64,000 bases of DNA from Vezdaea acicularis (lineage: Eukaryota), in NCBI GenBank assembly GCA_026025075.1, contig JAPEUI010000001.1, positions 62,001-126,000 on the forward strand, read 5' to 3'. The notes under the pieces were generated by a model that had not been told where the DNA came from, made no database searches, and worked only from the letters and a program-made list of their open reading frames with translations. Both the position numbers and the translations under genes were made by a program. Below, in pieces: positions 33,401 to 47,588 of the stretch (position 1 is its first letter; each line of letters starts with the position of its first letter).

Positions 33401-36400
33401 AGGTTCACCAGCTATTATATGGACCTTGAGGTTAATTTCAGCCCGCTTTCAGTGCTCGCTGGAAAAACTACTGACGGCCTGGCAACTCCTGTGACCAGCA
33501 GTTTGGGGACGCAAGCATTCGTCAACGGCGTTACTATTCACGGTCACCGGATCTTTGGGCTACCTCCTGCTGAGCCAACATATGTCTGCAACTGGGATTT
33601 CACCGTTGGCTCTGTTACTGGAGAATGTTCTATGGAATTCTTGAAGACGTTGACTCATTCGATCAGAAATCTTGTTTTCTCCTTCGATGACGATGAAAAT
33701 GCACTTCCGGTTGTTCAAGGCACTGTTCTCCACGATGTCACATTCCTTCGCGCCAATGTCAAGTCAATCCGTGTGTGGCTACGTCTCGATGAAATTGCTT
33801 TCCTCGTTAGCACCGGCATGATCAGCTTTAACTTCAATGACTGGGCGGGCCATACCCATTCCGGGCACTTCGATGCGCAGATACCGAACTTGGTACTTGC
33901 TTGCGTTGACGCAGCGTCAGCATCACGGCATAAATCACGAAATCATGTCATAGTTAAAACGCACGGCTATCTTCAGACAGATATATCAGTAGTAATGCTT
34001 GAACGAAAGCTCCACTTCTCGGAGGACAGGAAATTACAACAAGCACACCTAAGGCTTCAAGACCAGAGAACATCTAGAACCCCTTTTCTCTTCCGGGAAT
34101 TTGTTGCTGGTGGCGATATTGGCCAAGAGCGGTTTGTCCCGCGTGCGAACCCTCCAGCTATGCCCTTTCCAGCGTTGCCTCCCCCACTTCAGCGAAGAGG
34201 CGTCATTCGAACTGACTCCTACTCCGATACATCCAGTGTTAACTCTTCTCATTCAAAACTTCAAGATACAAGTCGCAAAAGTTCGTTCATGTCGTTCTCT
34301 CCTTCACATAGTGATAGGAAAGATACCAGCCTCCAACCTAGCGGGATGAGGGTAGCATCTACTCGGTCGATTCCGAGCCTGGTAACGACTCATGATGGCC
34401 GAAGCTTGCCCGAAAGTGAATTTCAAGGCAGCAGTGTACAGGACCTGTCTGATGCTCGGAGTCGACGATCGCACTCTCGCGCGCCTCCCTCTCGATGGGG
34501 AACAGGCCATGAGGTCCAATCATCAAGAGCTTTCCCCTCGAGCCCGTTTGCGCCACCCTATTTCCCCCTTGAGTCGGTTGAGCCTAGCCTTGAGAATGTC
34601 CCAACAGCCCCAAACGATGTTCACGGCCTTGATCTGCCTAGCGATCCGTCGCCTCCAGCTGATTATATCAGAAACCTCTCATTTGACGAAGAAACTACGC
34701 ACAATAGCTTTTTGGTCTCATTGCGTTCTGGTTTGAGGGCATTTGTTGATCCCGTCACCCTTAGGTCGATCGCGAGCTTTCTCATTAACCTGCAGCCCAA
34801 GAAGCCCATCGATATTATAGACGATCTTCAGATTGATACCACAACCAAAATCTTTGAAGAAGCCAAAGAGAGGCGTACAACTGGAAGATCGATAGATCTC
34901 AGTCTGAGAGTTCCCTACGTGCGTGTTCGTATGATAAATTCCGTGGACGCTGTGTCTGAAACCGCTTACGGACGAGAGGATAAGGACGACTATTCCCTCA
35001 GCTTATCTCAGCTTGCTCTAACTGCTAGATCTGGTGTAAGCTCTCAAGGTTATCATACATTTGAGGGAGGGTTGCACAAGTCTTCTCTTCACCTGATCCT
35101 GGATTCCGTTGACCTATTCGTAGGAGAGTATTCAAGCAATACTGATGGTCATGCAGCCATTCGTGCAAGGGCGGATGAGATTGTCTTCTGGGCCATGAGG
35201 CGGACCATCACGGTGGCAGACTTCAAATGTCGACGGACTGAATTGTCAACTGCGAGCAAAAAGATTCACTATCTTGCTGAGCTTATACATCGCACGACCG
35301 ATCTGGCTGAGACTCTGAGAGCGGCCTTCTTAGACCCGGTGGAAGATCAGCAACAGCGTTTAAAGTACTTTGCGTACTTCTTAACCTCTTCTGGTTCCAG
35401 AATCCCAGATCCATCGTTCCTGACAAGACCTTCGTATATCCTAAGATCATCCAATAACCATCTGCGTGGCAATGACTCGTGGAAGATCGTCTCTCGTTTA
35501 CGTCACATATACAACAGCCTTCCAGAAAAAGATCGACATACTATCTCTGATACCTGCACGCAAGGTCCTGCTCACTGCCCTGACAACGCCAAAACAGAGG
35601 TCATAAAGGATTTTGATTGTTGGAGAAATAATGAACTTCTTCACGCAACGCACAGCTATGCTATAGAGAGAATATATGGTCCGGCTCAGGATACCAAGCA
35701 GAGAGAACCCTCTAAACAGCATCCCCTCAGGGTCTCAATAAGTCTTTCCCGGTTGAGGTGCCTCATTGACCCAGGCCCAAAGCAAAATGAGGTTACCGTA
35801 GATGATTTGACCATCGGCCTCGCAATTAACACACCTTTAATGGCCCCAGCGCAGATCCCTGGCCCGATATCATCGAGTGCTAGCACAATGACTGTGCAGG
35901 TACACGCTAGTCGAACTGCCATCCATTTGAATTGGGAGCTCTACGAGCTAGCCGAAGATATCTCGAGATTATACGCCGGAAACACCTCTCCAGAAGGATC
36001 CGTGCACCAGGTTCATAAGAAGGCTTCCAATAAAAGCCCATTTCAAAGCAGTTCTCACTATCACTTCATGGTAGCATGCGATACTGGAAGCGTTATCCTT
36101 GAGACCATCAATCTGAAATGGGTCATGAGCAGCAAGCTACTAGAAGGATCACTTATTGCAACCCAGGGAGCGGCGGAGCTGCATGGTGCCAAACTCCACG
36201 TGCTTCTACATGCTCAAGCTGGAAGCACAGAAGTCTTCAGTCACTCGCAGGTACTATCTTCGTTTAAAATGAGAAGCCCGAGCGTCTATTTTTCCAAAGA
36301 TAGCACTCCTGGTGGAGACGCCCCTGTGCACACAATCAAGCTCGCAAGCTCATGGCATCGAATATCCTTCGATGTTCAGAAAGAAATTCTGGTCCTCATT

Positions 36401-39400
36401 GAGGTTTCTGAGTTGGTCTTGGGTGATGAAATTGCACAAATCTATCGATTGGTCAATCATCTACCAGATGCAACGACTAGACCAGCGGATGCTACTACAG
36501 AGCCAAAGAAAAGCGCCGTATACAATTATCACGTGGCTTTATTCCTTGACGCTTACTCCATCAGTTTCGCTCTTCTACATTCTCTGACGTACGTCATATC
36601 TGGAAAAGGAGCTAGAACTTCTATTGCACAAAAACAGAACTCGGCCTTGGCGCTTGACTTCGACATAAACGAACATACTCATGATGTGAGGACTACCACA
36701 GCCAGTGGTAATCAGAGCATATCTGTCCTTCAGATGCCGCCAATCAATGGCAGGATCATAGGCCGCATGTCTTCAAACGAAAACCTCATAGATTTATCAA
36801 TGTCCGTGGAGAGCATTCTATTAGACGCTACCGCTGTTCATGGCCTAGCAAACGCGCTAAATCGTCCTCAGATTACGCAGGTGGTGAAGGATATACAGTC
36901 TGACTTCACTAGTCTCATGGCACATTCAAAGAGACTTTTCGCTGCTACCCCTGCGAAACCTGAAACAGCGCCATCTGGCTCCGCCAAATTGAAGCCCTTG
37001 ATATACAGCGGCAGTGTTGTGATCGCCGGTCTTGGGGTACATGCTGCTGCACCCGGACTTCTGCCAGGTGCTCAGGGTGCAGACTTGGAATTCAATTTCG
37101 GCAGTGTACAAATGAAGACCGCAAATAGAATATCCGCTGATAGTCCAGTATTGGGATTTCCCGAGATCAGTATCGTACTACACCAGATAAGATTTGAACT
37201 GATGCAAGTCGGTCGAATAGAACGGCGGCCATGTGGCAACCTAGGATTCGGCGCTCACATCAATTGCACATCTAAGCCTAATGCCACGGGGACCCTAGTC
37301 CGTGCCTACCATATCTGGAGCGAGGCACTCGAGATCAACCTCTTTGCAGAGACTGCTTCGACAGTGGTAGATATAATCGGCAATCTGCAAGACAGGCTTA
37401 AGGACATCGACCTTTCAAGGGAAGTGAGATACTTGCAGAAAATTCGACAACGCAGACCAACGATTGCAGTCACCGATACAGACGCCGCCGAGGCTAAACA
37501 TGATGACGCATCTCTTCAACAATTGTTCAGCTCGATGTATTCGCTCGAGATGTTAAACATCCAGATTAGTTGGATCGTCGGAAGCTCCGTCGCTGAATCA
37601 CCAGAGAGAGAGCTTGAAGATCTAGTCTTGTCGTTTAAGAAAATAGACCTTGCAACGAGGAAGGAGAACGCTGCACGCCTCGTGATTGAAGATTTTCAGC
37701 TCCAAATGGTTCCCAGGTCACACGATAAGAAGCAGCGGTCTCCCAATTCTGCCTTGTTACCGGAAGTTGTTTTCAACGTAGCTTACCTATCAACGGAACA
37801 TGATCGCCGCCTCGCCTTTCAGGCTGTGGGAAAGCTTCTGGACCTTCGTTTAACATCTCAATCCATTCTACCGGCAAGTGATCTTAAACGCTCAATCGCC
37901 AGCTCAGCTGAAAGGCTTCGAATTGCTTCTGCTTCTTGGAGCGCTTTACCGACGCAGTCTGGAGGAGAGCGGAAAAAAATACTTGGAAATAAACGACTCT
38001 CATCTCTCCTTGTAGACGCTGACTTTGCTGGAGCTGTGGTATATATCCAAGGGCGGCGAGTCAACGAACCCCAAAACTCGGCGTTCAGTATTCTCCACGG
38101 TGGTAGGGTTCCCCAACATGGCCGCTATGGCCAGTTCACCGCGGAAGATGCCAGCAGCAGTACGACGCTTCGAGCACCAGGCGTAGCTTTCAAAGTTGAG
38201 TACAAAGATAGCAGTAGAGATGATCCTTCATTGAACGCCGAGGTGAAGGTTGACGCCTCGTCTAACATACTTTATCCCACGGTCGTTCCACTTGTCATGG
38301 AGATGTCATCCAGCATCAAAGAAATAGTCGGTGAAGGTGATGGCAGCAAGACGGCCATTGAGCCAAAAGTGTCCCAAAAATTCTTGGAAGAAGACTCGAT
38401 TTTGACAGCAGATCCAACAACGATTCTTGGTAAATGCAGTCTAAATATAGGACTGCGCATCTATAAACAGGAATTCACTCTCAGTTGTCAGCCTGTGGCT
38501 CGGGTCGCAGCAACGGCCAGATTCGACGAGATCTACATCATAGTCAATACGGTCAAGTCTACAGAACACAACAATTTCTTCGCGGTCTCGGCTACTTTCA
38601 GCTCTCTCCAAGCCTCAGTACAGCACGTCTACTCTCGAGAGTCCACGGGTAGCTTTGAAGTAGACTCCGTCGTCCTTTCCTTGATGAACAGCAAGCACAT
38701 TAGTGCCAACAGTGGTGTCTCTGCGATCTTGAAAATCAGTCCTATGAAGGCACAAATCAATGCAAAGCAGTCGCAAGACTTTCTACTCTTCCGCGAAATT
38801 TGGCTCCCGGCCGAGATGCGACAGTCGCCGCCAACGCCTAGCCGTCACCAAGCATCCGAGCCTCCGACATTTTTAGTGCAAAGATATCAGCAAGTTGCCG
38901 CAGCAGGGGCATTCCCGTGGAACGCGACTGTGGCTATCGCTGAACTAGATATACAGCTGGATCTCGGCCAAGCGCTAGGAAAGTCGGCTTTGGTCGTTTC
39001 AAACTTTTGGGTTTCATCGAAGAAAAACTCGGATTGGGAGCAAAATCTATGCCTTGGGTTTGATAAGATAAGAGTTGACAGCAGCGGCCGCATGAGCGGT
39101 CTTATTGACTTGCAAAAGTTCAGAGTTCGAACTTCAATCCAGTGGCCTGAGAGAGTGCAAGCTTTGAGCAAGACCCCTCTCATACAAGCATCCCTAGGTT
39201 TTGGCCAGCTACGGATAAAAGCCGCTTTTGATTATCAGGCATTCATGATTGCAGACATTGCTTCCTTTGAATTTCTGATGTACAACGTCCGGGACCACTT
39301 GTCTACTGTTGGCGACAGGCTCGTCGCCATAGTCAGTGGCGACAAGGTTCAGGCTTTTGCCACTACAGCCACTGCTTCCCAAGGTGTTGCGCTATACCAA

Positions 39401-40369
39401 GCGTTCCAGAGGCTATTTCAAGAGAAAAAGCTTGCGTATGAGAGTTCATTGAAAGATCTCGAGAAATTTCTGAGGAGGCAGTCTTACGCATCAGCAATTG
39501 GACCACGACCTCCCCCGTCGAGGATTCCGGTTGAAGACAATGTGTGGTTCAACACTCCGATATCACTCCACACAGATGTCGTCGTTACTATCAAAGCAAT
39601 AAATGTGGGCGCTTTTCCTCAGACGTTTTTTGATGGCCAAATATTCAAAATTGAAGCTACCGATGCAGAGGTTCGCTTTGCAGTGACCATGTCCGAAGGT
39701 CAAATTCATAGCGGCCTGGGCTTAACACTTGGAGAACTTCGTGAAGCTCTCGCGCCAGTCAAACGACCTAATGTTCCAAAGACACTTGCGGAAGTAGATG
39801 TGGACGAGGTCATTCAAGGCGCTATAAATGCTAAGGGCGGGACTATTTTGAAGGTGCCCAGATTGATAGCGAAGATGCAGACATGGCAGGTGCCAGACTC
39901 AACGCATATCGACTATATCTTCAAAAGTTCCTTCGAGGGAAAAGTTGACGTTGGTTGGAACTACTCGCGGATTAGCTTTATACGGGGCATGTGGGAAAGC
40001 CATACTCGCGCACTAGCCCACCGACTTGGAAAGCCGCTGCCACAGTCCGCAGTTCAGATCACGGGAGGACCGCAGCCGGATATCACAGCCAGCGAAGGAA
40101 AGCGTGCCCCAGCTGAAGGGGAGCAGCCGGAGAAGATTACTGCCGTAGTGAATGTCCCTCAGTCGAAGTATGATTATACTGCGCTAGAACCGCTAATCAT
40201 TGAAACGCCACAACTGCGAGATCTTGGTGAGGCGACACCTCCATTGGAGTGGATCGGATTGCATCGAGAGAGGTTACCAAACCTGACACACCAAATTGTC
40301 ATTGTCACATTGGTGGAGGTTGCGAGGGAGGTCGAGGACGCGTACAAGAAGATTTTAGGCTCGTCTTGA
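30459..40369 (+). CDS. CSF1: Csf1 bridge-like lipid transfer protein (BLTP1/KIAA1109 family), about 3270 aa (3 exons)
   Basis: Two short 5' exons give MAQS..FNWAFLVELIVCIILTIFFLFYFNRLF. Also QISLLAGRVFF, ITWRYWLR, YGPWTDRQR, HGHRIFGLPPAEPTYVCNWDF and C-terminal PQLRDLGEATPPLEWIGL. Confidence 0.93.
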
Positions 40370-40505
40370 CAGAAGTATTAGTATGTTCGTACAGTTCGTA
40401 CACCTGTATTATTGAAATAATTCGGCGTCAGTTTCCATGCATGGCAACGGTTTCTAGGGCGGCTAGGGTATCAGAATATGTTTTCTAATATATCAATACA
40501 TGCGA

Positions 40506-41610
40506 TTACATTCCTCTCCTTCTTGCCCTACTTCTAGGCCCTCCTCTTGTATTCTTTCCACGACCACCTCTTGCACCCTTCGGCCCAGCCCGGGTAGAGC
40601 TTCGCGGCGCTGGAGAGTCTGCAGTCGTGCTTTCGTCCCGCCCCTCTCCCTCGTCATCGTCAACGTCTCTCTCTTCTTCCCCTTGCTCTGTGTCTTCTTC
40701 CTCATCTATAATGGAGGCAGTATGACTTCGTTGCCTATCAGCATTAGACCTCGTGTCCGTCCGCAGGCGAGATCTAGCTCCCCTTCTAATCCCACGCCCG
40801 CCACGGCGAGTTTGCTGAGGCCTGTTTGAAGCAGGGGATGACGGAGATTCTATTGAAGCAAACAATTAGAGTTTCATACCGTTCCAAGGTTTCAAAGGTT
40901 AATCACCTTCTTCGGTATCAGCAGTACTACTCCTTCCACCCATGGCCCTTATAGAACTGTGTTTCAGGTGCGGGAAGGGCGGGTCTTGCAGTGCTGGTGG
41001 AGAGGCTGTGCCGTTCGGTGCAAGTCGCCTCGCAAACATCAGCTCCCCAAACTCCCTTTCTGGCAAGTGAAACGAGTGGAAAGGTTCGTCCCAGGGATCA
41101 TCTCCATCGTCTCGTCCTTCCTCGAGAAAGGCGTCTTCCTATATCTCAAGCTCAGCGTTTCCAGCAAAGGCAATAAAGTTTAGTAAAAAACCAACTCTTT
41201 CATCCAATGCTTCGAGATTATATAATGACTCGAGTTTTCGCCAGATTCCCGGAATCCGAGTGTGTTTATCTTGAGGCGTAGATTGACCATCATCCTTCAT
41301 TTGCTGACTTATCGAGAGCATGCGGAAATGTTTATGTATTCCTATTCTATCATTAGTTCTAATTCGTAGTAACCAGCTTATGGGAAATTTACTGATGCGT
41401 ACCCACGGGTTTGTACTTGATTATACTTTTGAATAGAGATATTTCCTGCTCATCTGTCCATGGGTCGTTCAAATCGATCTTCATAGGTGTCGGCTTTGCT
41501 TGACTAGATGCTTCGGGCTCGCCAGGTGTGGCTAAAGCTGTAGCCTGTAAATCTCTTGAAGGTGTTGAGCCAGCTCTTGAAGGCAATTTAGCCTTCTTTT
41601 TCGGCGGCAT
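40506..41610 (-). CDS. EAF7: NuA4 subunit Eaf7 (CT20 family, multi-exon)
   Basis: WTDEQEISLFKSIIKYKPVG|IHKHFRML, HTRIPGIWRKLESLYNLEALDER, then an acidic/basic low-complexity tail. Confidence 0.88.
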
Positions 41611-41894
41611 GTCGTGGACAGCGTGAAGGCAGCGATGATGCCCTAGACATCAATAGCTTTGAAAAACGAGAAGGAGGAAAAGCCTCAAGCTTTCCATTTC
41701 AATAAGCAAGTGATGCCTAATAACGTTCGCATGTTCAACCGCCTGTAATACGAATAAAACGCGGCCATAATAAAGTTGTTCGCCTACGTTTCCCATTGCA
41801 GTCAAGCGTCAGGCACGGAAAGTAGATCGAGGACCACGCGACGGAGAAAATCAACAATTGCACCGAGACCCCGCATGGAGCAATACAATCTGTC

Positions 41895-44891
41895 ATGGAT
41901 GCGAATGAGGAAACTGGTGATGCTTTTGCCGTCCCAGACCTCTGGAAACCCTCCAGCCTGGGGCAAAACGTCTCAGATGCCTCGAGCTTTCTTCTCTCTT
42001 TCCCTCACTTTGAAGGCAAGTCCCCGATCGCGTTATAAGTGCGACGCCTACGCCTGACACTGCGCAGTAGATTTCCATCAGCTTTTTGAGCTGTCTCAGC
42101 ATCTGAAAGATGTTCCTGATGGCCCCCTGGGACTAAACACACTTTCGCTACCAGTACTTGAGACGTTCGAGTTCTTGGAGGAGTCTACAGTCTCGCTGAA
42201 TACCGAGGTTACGCCTCTCGAGACTGATGAGACTGACATCTGGACGCATGAAAATGATGAGAGCAAGCTTGGTACCAGAAGGCTCCATACCTGGGATGCT
42301 TTCGAAGACCCGGAGGCACCAGATCCGCAGATATTTTATATATCGGAGGCGGGCCCTTCGGTCTTCGATGCTACCATTCACGAGCAGTCGGACTTTAACA
42401 TAGGGGATGGCCGTGGGCCCGTCCTTCGGTCCGATATTTTCGTAAAGAGTCTCTTCGAACTTGGAGTAGGAAGAAGCTCCGTACTTTTCACATGGAATGA
42501 AGAGGACCAATCATTCGAACGAATACTTGATGACTCTCGAATGACTGGCTATAGCATTCAAAGTGTTGCTAGTCTTTGCGATCATTTCATAGAACACGGC
42601 AACAACATTAGAAAACTTAATTCTTTTGTGGAAACGACATACGGGAAATATCACTCGTCCCCAGCGCAAGTAGCGCTTGCAGATGCCGCCTCAAACATCC
42701 TCACAACTTTGCAATTCCGTCTTGATGATGCTCGCAAAAGCATACAGACGGCCCTACAGCTCCAAGACCTATTCCACCATCCCGCATTATTACTAAGTTT
42801 TTTGGAGGAGATCGTGAAGGCGTATAAGTCTACAAAAAGCGATGAAGTATTTCTTTCCACTCTCTACTCTAGCGTTCAAAATATGGAGCACAAGAGCATG
42901 TCTTTCCGGGAGATAATGCTTGAGGTTCTCGCGCGAGTCTCTCGGCCTTGGCTGGAGTTTGTGGGGGGTTGGATAGGGGTGCATCGAGAAATCAGTATCT
43001 CTCCTTCGTCGGAAGAGCGCAGCACAAAGTTTGTCAGAGTGGAAGAGAAATCCTGGGTTGACGATCGAGGCATTCAGGTGCAGGGCATTGACTACGTAAG
43101 TTGATCGACCTTACGAGACTTTCTGGCAGTACATGCTGACTGCGAAACAAGACGCTTGACCAAAGCGCTATACCCAATTTCGTCTCTGCTGAGGACGCCA
43201 AAGTCATATTTGAGACAGGGAGGAGCCTTCGAACTTTAAAGTTGCATCATCCGGAGCATCCTTTGGCAAAGCCAGCTTCAATAGAGGATCCAACTGCTCC
43301 TAAGCTGGACTGGAAGTTCTCTTGGGAAGATGTCAGCAGGATAGAGCAAAAAGTGGAAGCTTACGAGCAAGATCTTCGCCGAGCGATACAGAAGTTTTCG
43401 CATCCCAACGCAGATAAGACCCTGCTCTTGGGTGCTTCCGAGCTAGAGAATCAAAATCACTTTGAGACTTTCGGCGTATCGGAAGAGGACATTCAAGCTC
43501 AAATATCAGCTTCTATCGCTGCTCTCAACAAACCTCTACAGCCCGTTAGCGAGGCGGGATCAGACACTCTCCGCCACTTGGTCATCTCGAGAATGCACGC
43601 CGAAAGCACCAACCATCAGCACGAGTGCATATTTGCACCCCCGATATCCCTCACCCCCCTGCTTTCACTATGCCCCATCATTTCTACACAAGCACGGCTA
43701 GTCAACCTGAGCTGCATACGTTCCTTTTTCAAATCCCATCACCTTCGACACCACCTTCAGATCCAACATCGCTTTCACCTCCTTGGCGACGGTGTCTTCG
43801 CCTCCCGCCTCTCAGACGCGCTTTTCTCACCCTCAACAGAGTCCAGTTCACGCCAGCCCGGCATAGCCCACCATGGGACTGCCATGGGGCTCCACCTCGG
43901 CAGCCGCTCCAGTTGGCCACCAGCAAGCTCCGAGCTCCGTCTGGCTCTGATGGGTATCCTGACTGAGAGTTATCGCCCTTCTGGCCACGAGGGTCAGGGC
44001 GCTCACGATCCACAACCTTCCTCGCTCCCGGGCGACCTCAGCTTCTCCGTCCGTGACATGTCTCCTGAAGAGCTAGATCGCTGTCTAGATCCTGACTCCA
44101 TCACGGCCCTCGACTTCCTGCGACTGCAATACAAACCCCCCGCGCCGCTCGAACAGATCATCACGCCCACGAGCCTAGTCAAATACGATCGCCTATTCAA
44201 GCTTCTCCTTCGCGCGGCCCGCATGCGCTTCGTCGTAAGCCAGCTCTTCCGGGACAGCTGTGACCGTACTTCGTCGTGGCGTGGCGGTAGCCATACCATC
44301 GAACAACGATTCCGGTTCGAGGCGAATCACTTCGTGTCGACCATCTGCGGGTACCTCCTTGAGATCGGCGTCGGGGCGACGTGGAAGCTTTTTGAGGACA
44401 AGCTCGATCAGATCGAGTCCAGGATCAGCCGGGAAGACGGGGAGGCGACGCTGGGGCAGCATGAGGGCATCGACACGCTTCGAACGTATCACGAGCGGGT
44501 CCTAGACCGGATGCTCTTCGCGACGCTCCTCCGGAAGAGGCAGGAGCAAGTCATGGGGCTGCTCGAGGAGATCTTCGCCTCCATCCTGTCGTTCGCGCGA
44601 CAGACGCGAAAGCGGGTCGAGGACCCGTCCGCGTCCGAAGCCGGGGTCGACGAGGACATCCGCGCCCTCTACGGCAAGTTTCGCGCGCGCGCCGGCGTCT
44701 TTGTCGGCGTCTGTCGGGGGCTCGGCGCCAAGCGCGGCTATGGGGAAGGCAAGCGGCGGGAGCGGGGCGGGGGCGCAGCGGACGAGCTCTTCGGCGCGGA
44801 GGAGATGAGCGAGGAGGGCGGCAATAGTATCGGCTTGCTCTCGTTGCGGCTGGAGATGTCGGGGTTTTATACTGATACGGCGCGCGTGTGA
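41895..44891 (+). CDS. Gamma-tubulin complex component, Spc97/Spc98 family, GCP6-like (3 exons)
   Basis: N-terminus DAFAVPDLWKPS; LGVGRSSVLF; FHLLGDGVFASRLSDALF; WPPASSELRLALMGILTE; ALDFLRLQYKPPAPLEQIIT..KYDRLFKLLLR. Confidence 0.87.
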
Positions 44892-46207
44892 GGTTTTGCA
44901 ATGGGATGGGATGGGACGGTTGGCGTATCGGCATCCGGTTGTGTGGGATTGATGAGATGATACCCCCGCGAGGAGGGTGGGAATGGACTTGGCGTTGAAG
45001 TACGGACGACCTTACCGAATGCAGATTCCAAAGCGCGTGCTCTCTGAATATACTTAATACTATTCTGCTCCCGATTCTACGCCTGCAAATTACCCTCTTC
45101 CTCTCACAATGACACGCTCCCTGAGCGAGATTTTCCATATCTGAGTCAGAGCGTCGTTGCATGGACGGTGGAAAGCGAGGGTTGGGGGCAATTTAGAATC
45201 TTACTTCATTGGGCTGAAAATTGGGGGGTGGGCCCCTTAGGGCAATGTGATGGGGGGATCATTGGATTCTTCGTTTGCTCGGAGTGGGTGGTAGAGTTAA
45301 TTTATCAAGCGGCGTCAACCTGTTATGTTTTTTGGCAATATTGCATGGGCAGTATTGGGTCCATTCTGGCGTGTCTGGGCCACTGAGTGGGGGTTTTAGA
45401 CTTCGAAGGGCGGATGTGGTTTCGTAAAATCGATGAAGGATTTACCGAGGAGTTTGCTGTTGCACGAGAGAAATCACCAATACTCCTTCATATAATTAAC
45501 ATATTCGAGAATAGGAAGGGAAAAAGAGAAGAAATCGATAATAAATTTCAATCAAATCAGGATGGGTGAATTCGTATCCTGGATGGGGAGTGGGCCCCAG
45601 GGCATGGTCTCGGCGCCGTTTCCAGCGAGCGGTCCGTGTGGCCTCGGGGGGGCCGAGTGGGGCGGGTGGCCGAGCCGGGCCAGGCACCGCGCCGAATCGG
45701 GACAGGTACGGGGGGGGGGGGTTGGATGGGAGATGGCGGATGGGCGGAATTGGCTGCTCCCGCCGCGGACAGAAAAGCAACATCTGTGGGGGAACAGGAC
45801 TGCTCTTCCGGTGGGGTTTAGTGCATCAATTCCATCTTCAATGAGCGCGTCTGACAACGCTGGCCCATCAGCAGCGTCCACCGTTAACTTAATTGATGAT
45901 TTCGTCTTTCGCGTCTGTCGTCGTCGTTCAGGGTCCCTCCCCCCCCCCCTCCTCCCCCCATGTCTCAGTGGCAGGCGAGGACGCGGTCGCTAAAAAGGAA
46001 AGCACAAAATGCCGCAATAGGGAGTCGCCGCCCTGGGCTGCTCCCTCCCATCTGGGCGAGGGGGCATGGGGCGCGCTCGGGCCGCCGTAGTCGCGTAGTC
46101 AGGAACCGTCGGGGGCGGTACGGGGGCGCAGAGGGCGCAGGGTGGTCCTGGTGCAGCGAGCAGTGGACGAGCAGCAGCAAATGAAGCAGCAATGGAGCAG
46201 CATTTGG

Positions 46208-46276
<69 letters not shown>
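46208..46276. repeat. (GA)n dinucleotide microsatellite
   Basis: About 34 GA units with one CA interruption. Confidence 0.95.
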
Positions 46277-46279
<3 letters not shown>

Positions 46280-47588
46280 GTCCCGGCGGCCGCGCCGTTG
46301 GTGTTTCATCGCGTGCGTGAACGCGCTCCTGGCCCCATCGTGCGTGAAGAGGGAGGGGGAGGGGGGAGAGGGCATGCGGCGGATGGGACGCGGTGCAACG
46401 GTCGAGGGCGTGCGCTATCCAGACCCCGTCGTGGCTGCATAATTGATAAAGTCGCGATATGTCGCCAGGACGCAGCTGCGCTCTGCTTTTTCATCAATGG
46501 CCGCGCGAGTGGACACGCTCTTGGAGTCAACGATGCAGCACTTCCTTTCGCGTGTAATGTGTGTTTGGTGGATGGTACGTCAGAAGGAGGGTCGTTTCCA
46601 CAGCTCTTCGGTGATTCGACGATGGTGATTGTTGATGGGCTGCCGATCAGGAGCAGCGGCTCGGCTGGGACCAGCAGGAGAGCTCGTGGCCAGACGTCTC
46701 GAGGGAGGAGCATCTGCAAACAGTGGATGCCGTGGGTCGGAGACATGAAGCTATCGTTCTGCTCCAATTTTGCTCCCATTCTGCTCCCGTTCTGCTCGCG
46801 TTGCTTTTTGGCTGCCGGCGGAGTATCGACCATCGACTATCGACTGTCGACTGCTGCGTCGTCGAGGCCGCTCCTGAAACGCCAAGGCTGCGCTCCACGT
46901 GTATTGCTTCTGCGGCGGTGCCTGGAACGGCGGCCGCCAACCCCGACCGTGCTGCCTCCGTCCGCTGCTGCCCTCGTTGCTTGCACAAGCAGCAAAGACA
47001 CGCTCGACGATAGATACATCTCCCTCATCATCTCTCCCCCCCTTTCGTCGCAGCCAGAGCGATGGAGGGAACGGACGGTCCTAAAGCTCCGATCACCAGC
47101 TCTTAGTGCGTGCGCCATCGCCGTCGTCCAGTTGCCGTCGCCCTCGCCTACTGTAGCTCCCTGCCCGCCCCGGCGAATGAGCACAACCGAGCCCCCTTCA
47201 GCCCAGACGACGCCAGTCGAACCTGACACTCCCAAAACTGGTCGACTCGAACACCGTCGTCCCTCCACTCCCTCCACTCCCTCCACCGACAACGCCGATT
47301 CGTCTCTGGAGACGTCGGCCGCCCAATTTATCCATTCAACCTCTCCGACACCCATCGATACACTCGCTCGAGTCCGCCCGGATCAGTGCTGGCTGCTGAA
47401 CGACGGGCGCCCCACGATCGAGACCGCTGCCGTCTCGCCTTTTCGAACCCGAGTAGGGAGCAACACGATACCGCCGCTTCTCCTGGACGCCGCAACGAAG
47501 CAATTTGGACCAACCACGCTTCCTGGGGAGACTTCCGGTTTTCTTGGACCGCGATTAAACATCGTGGTCCATCGTTCGACCGGCCGTA

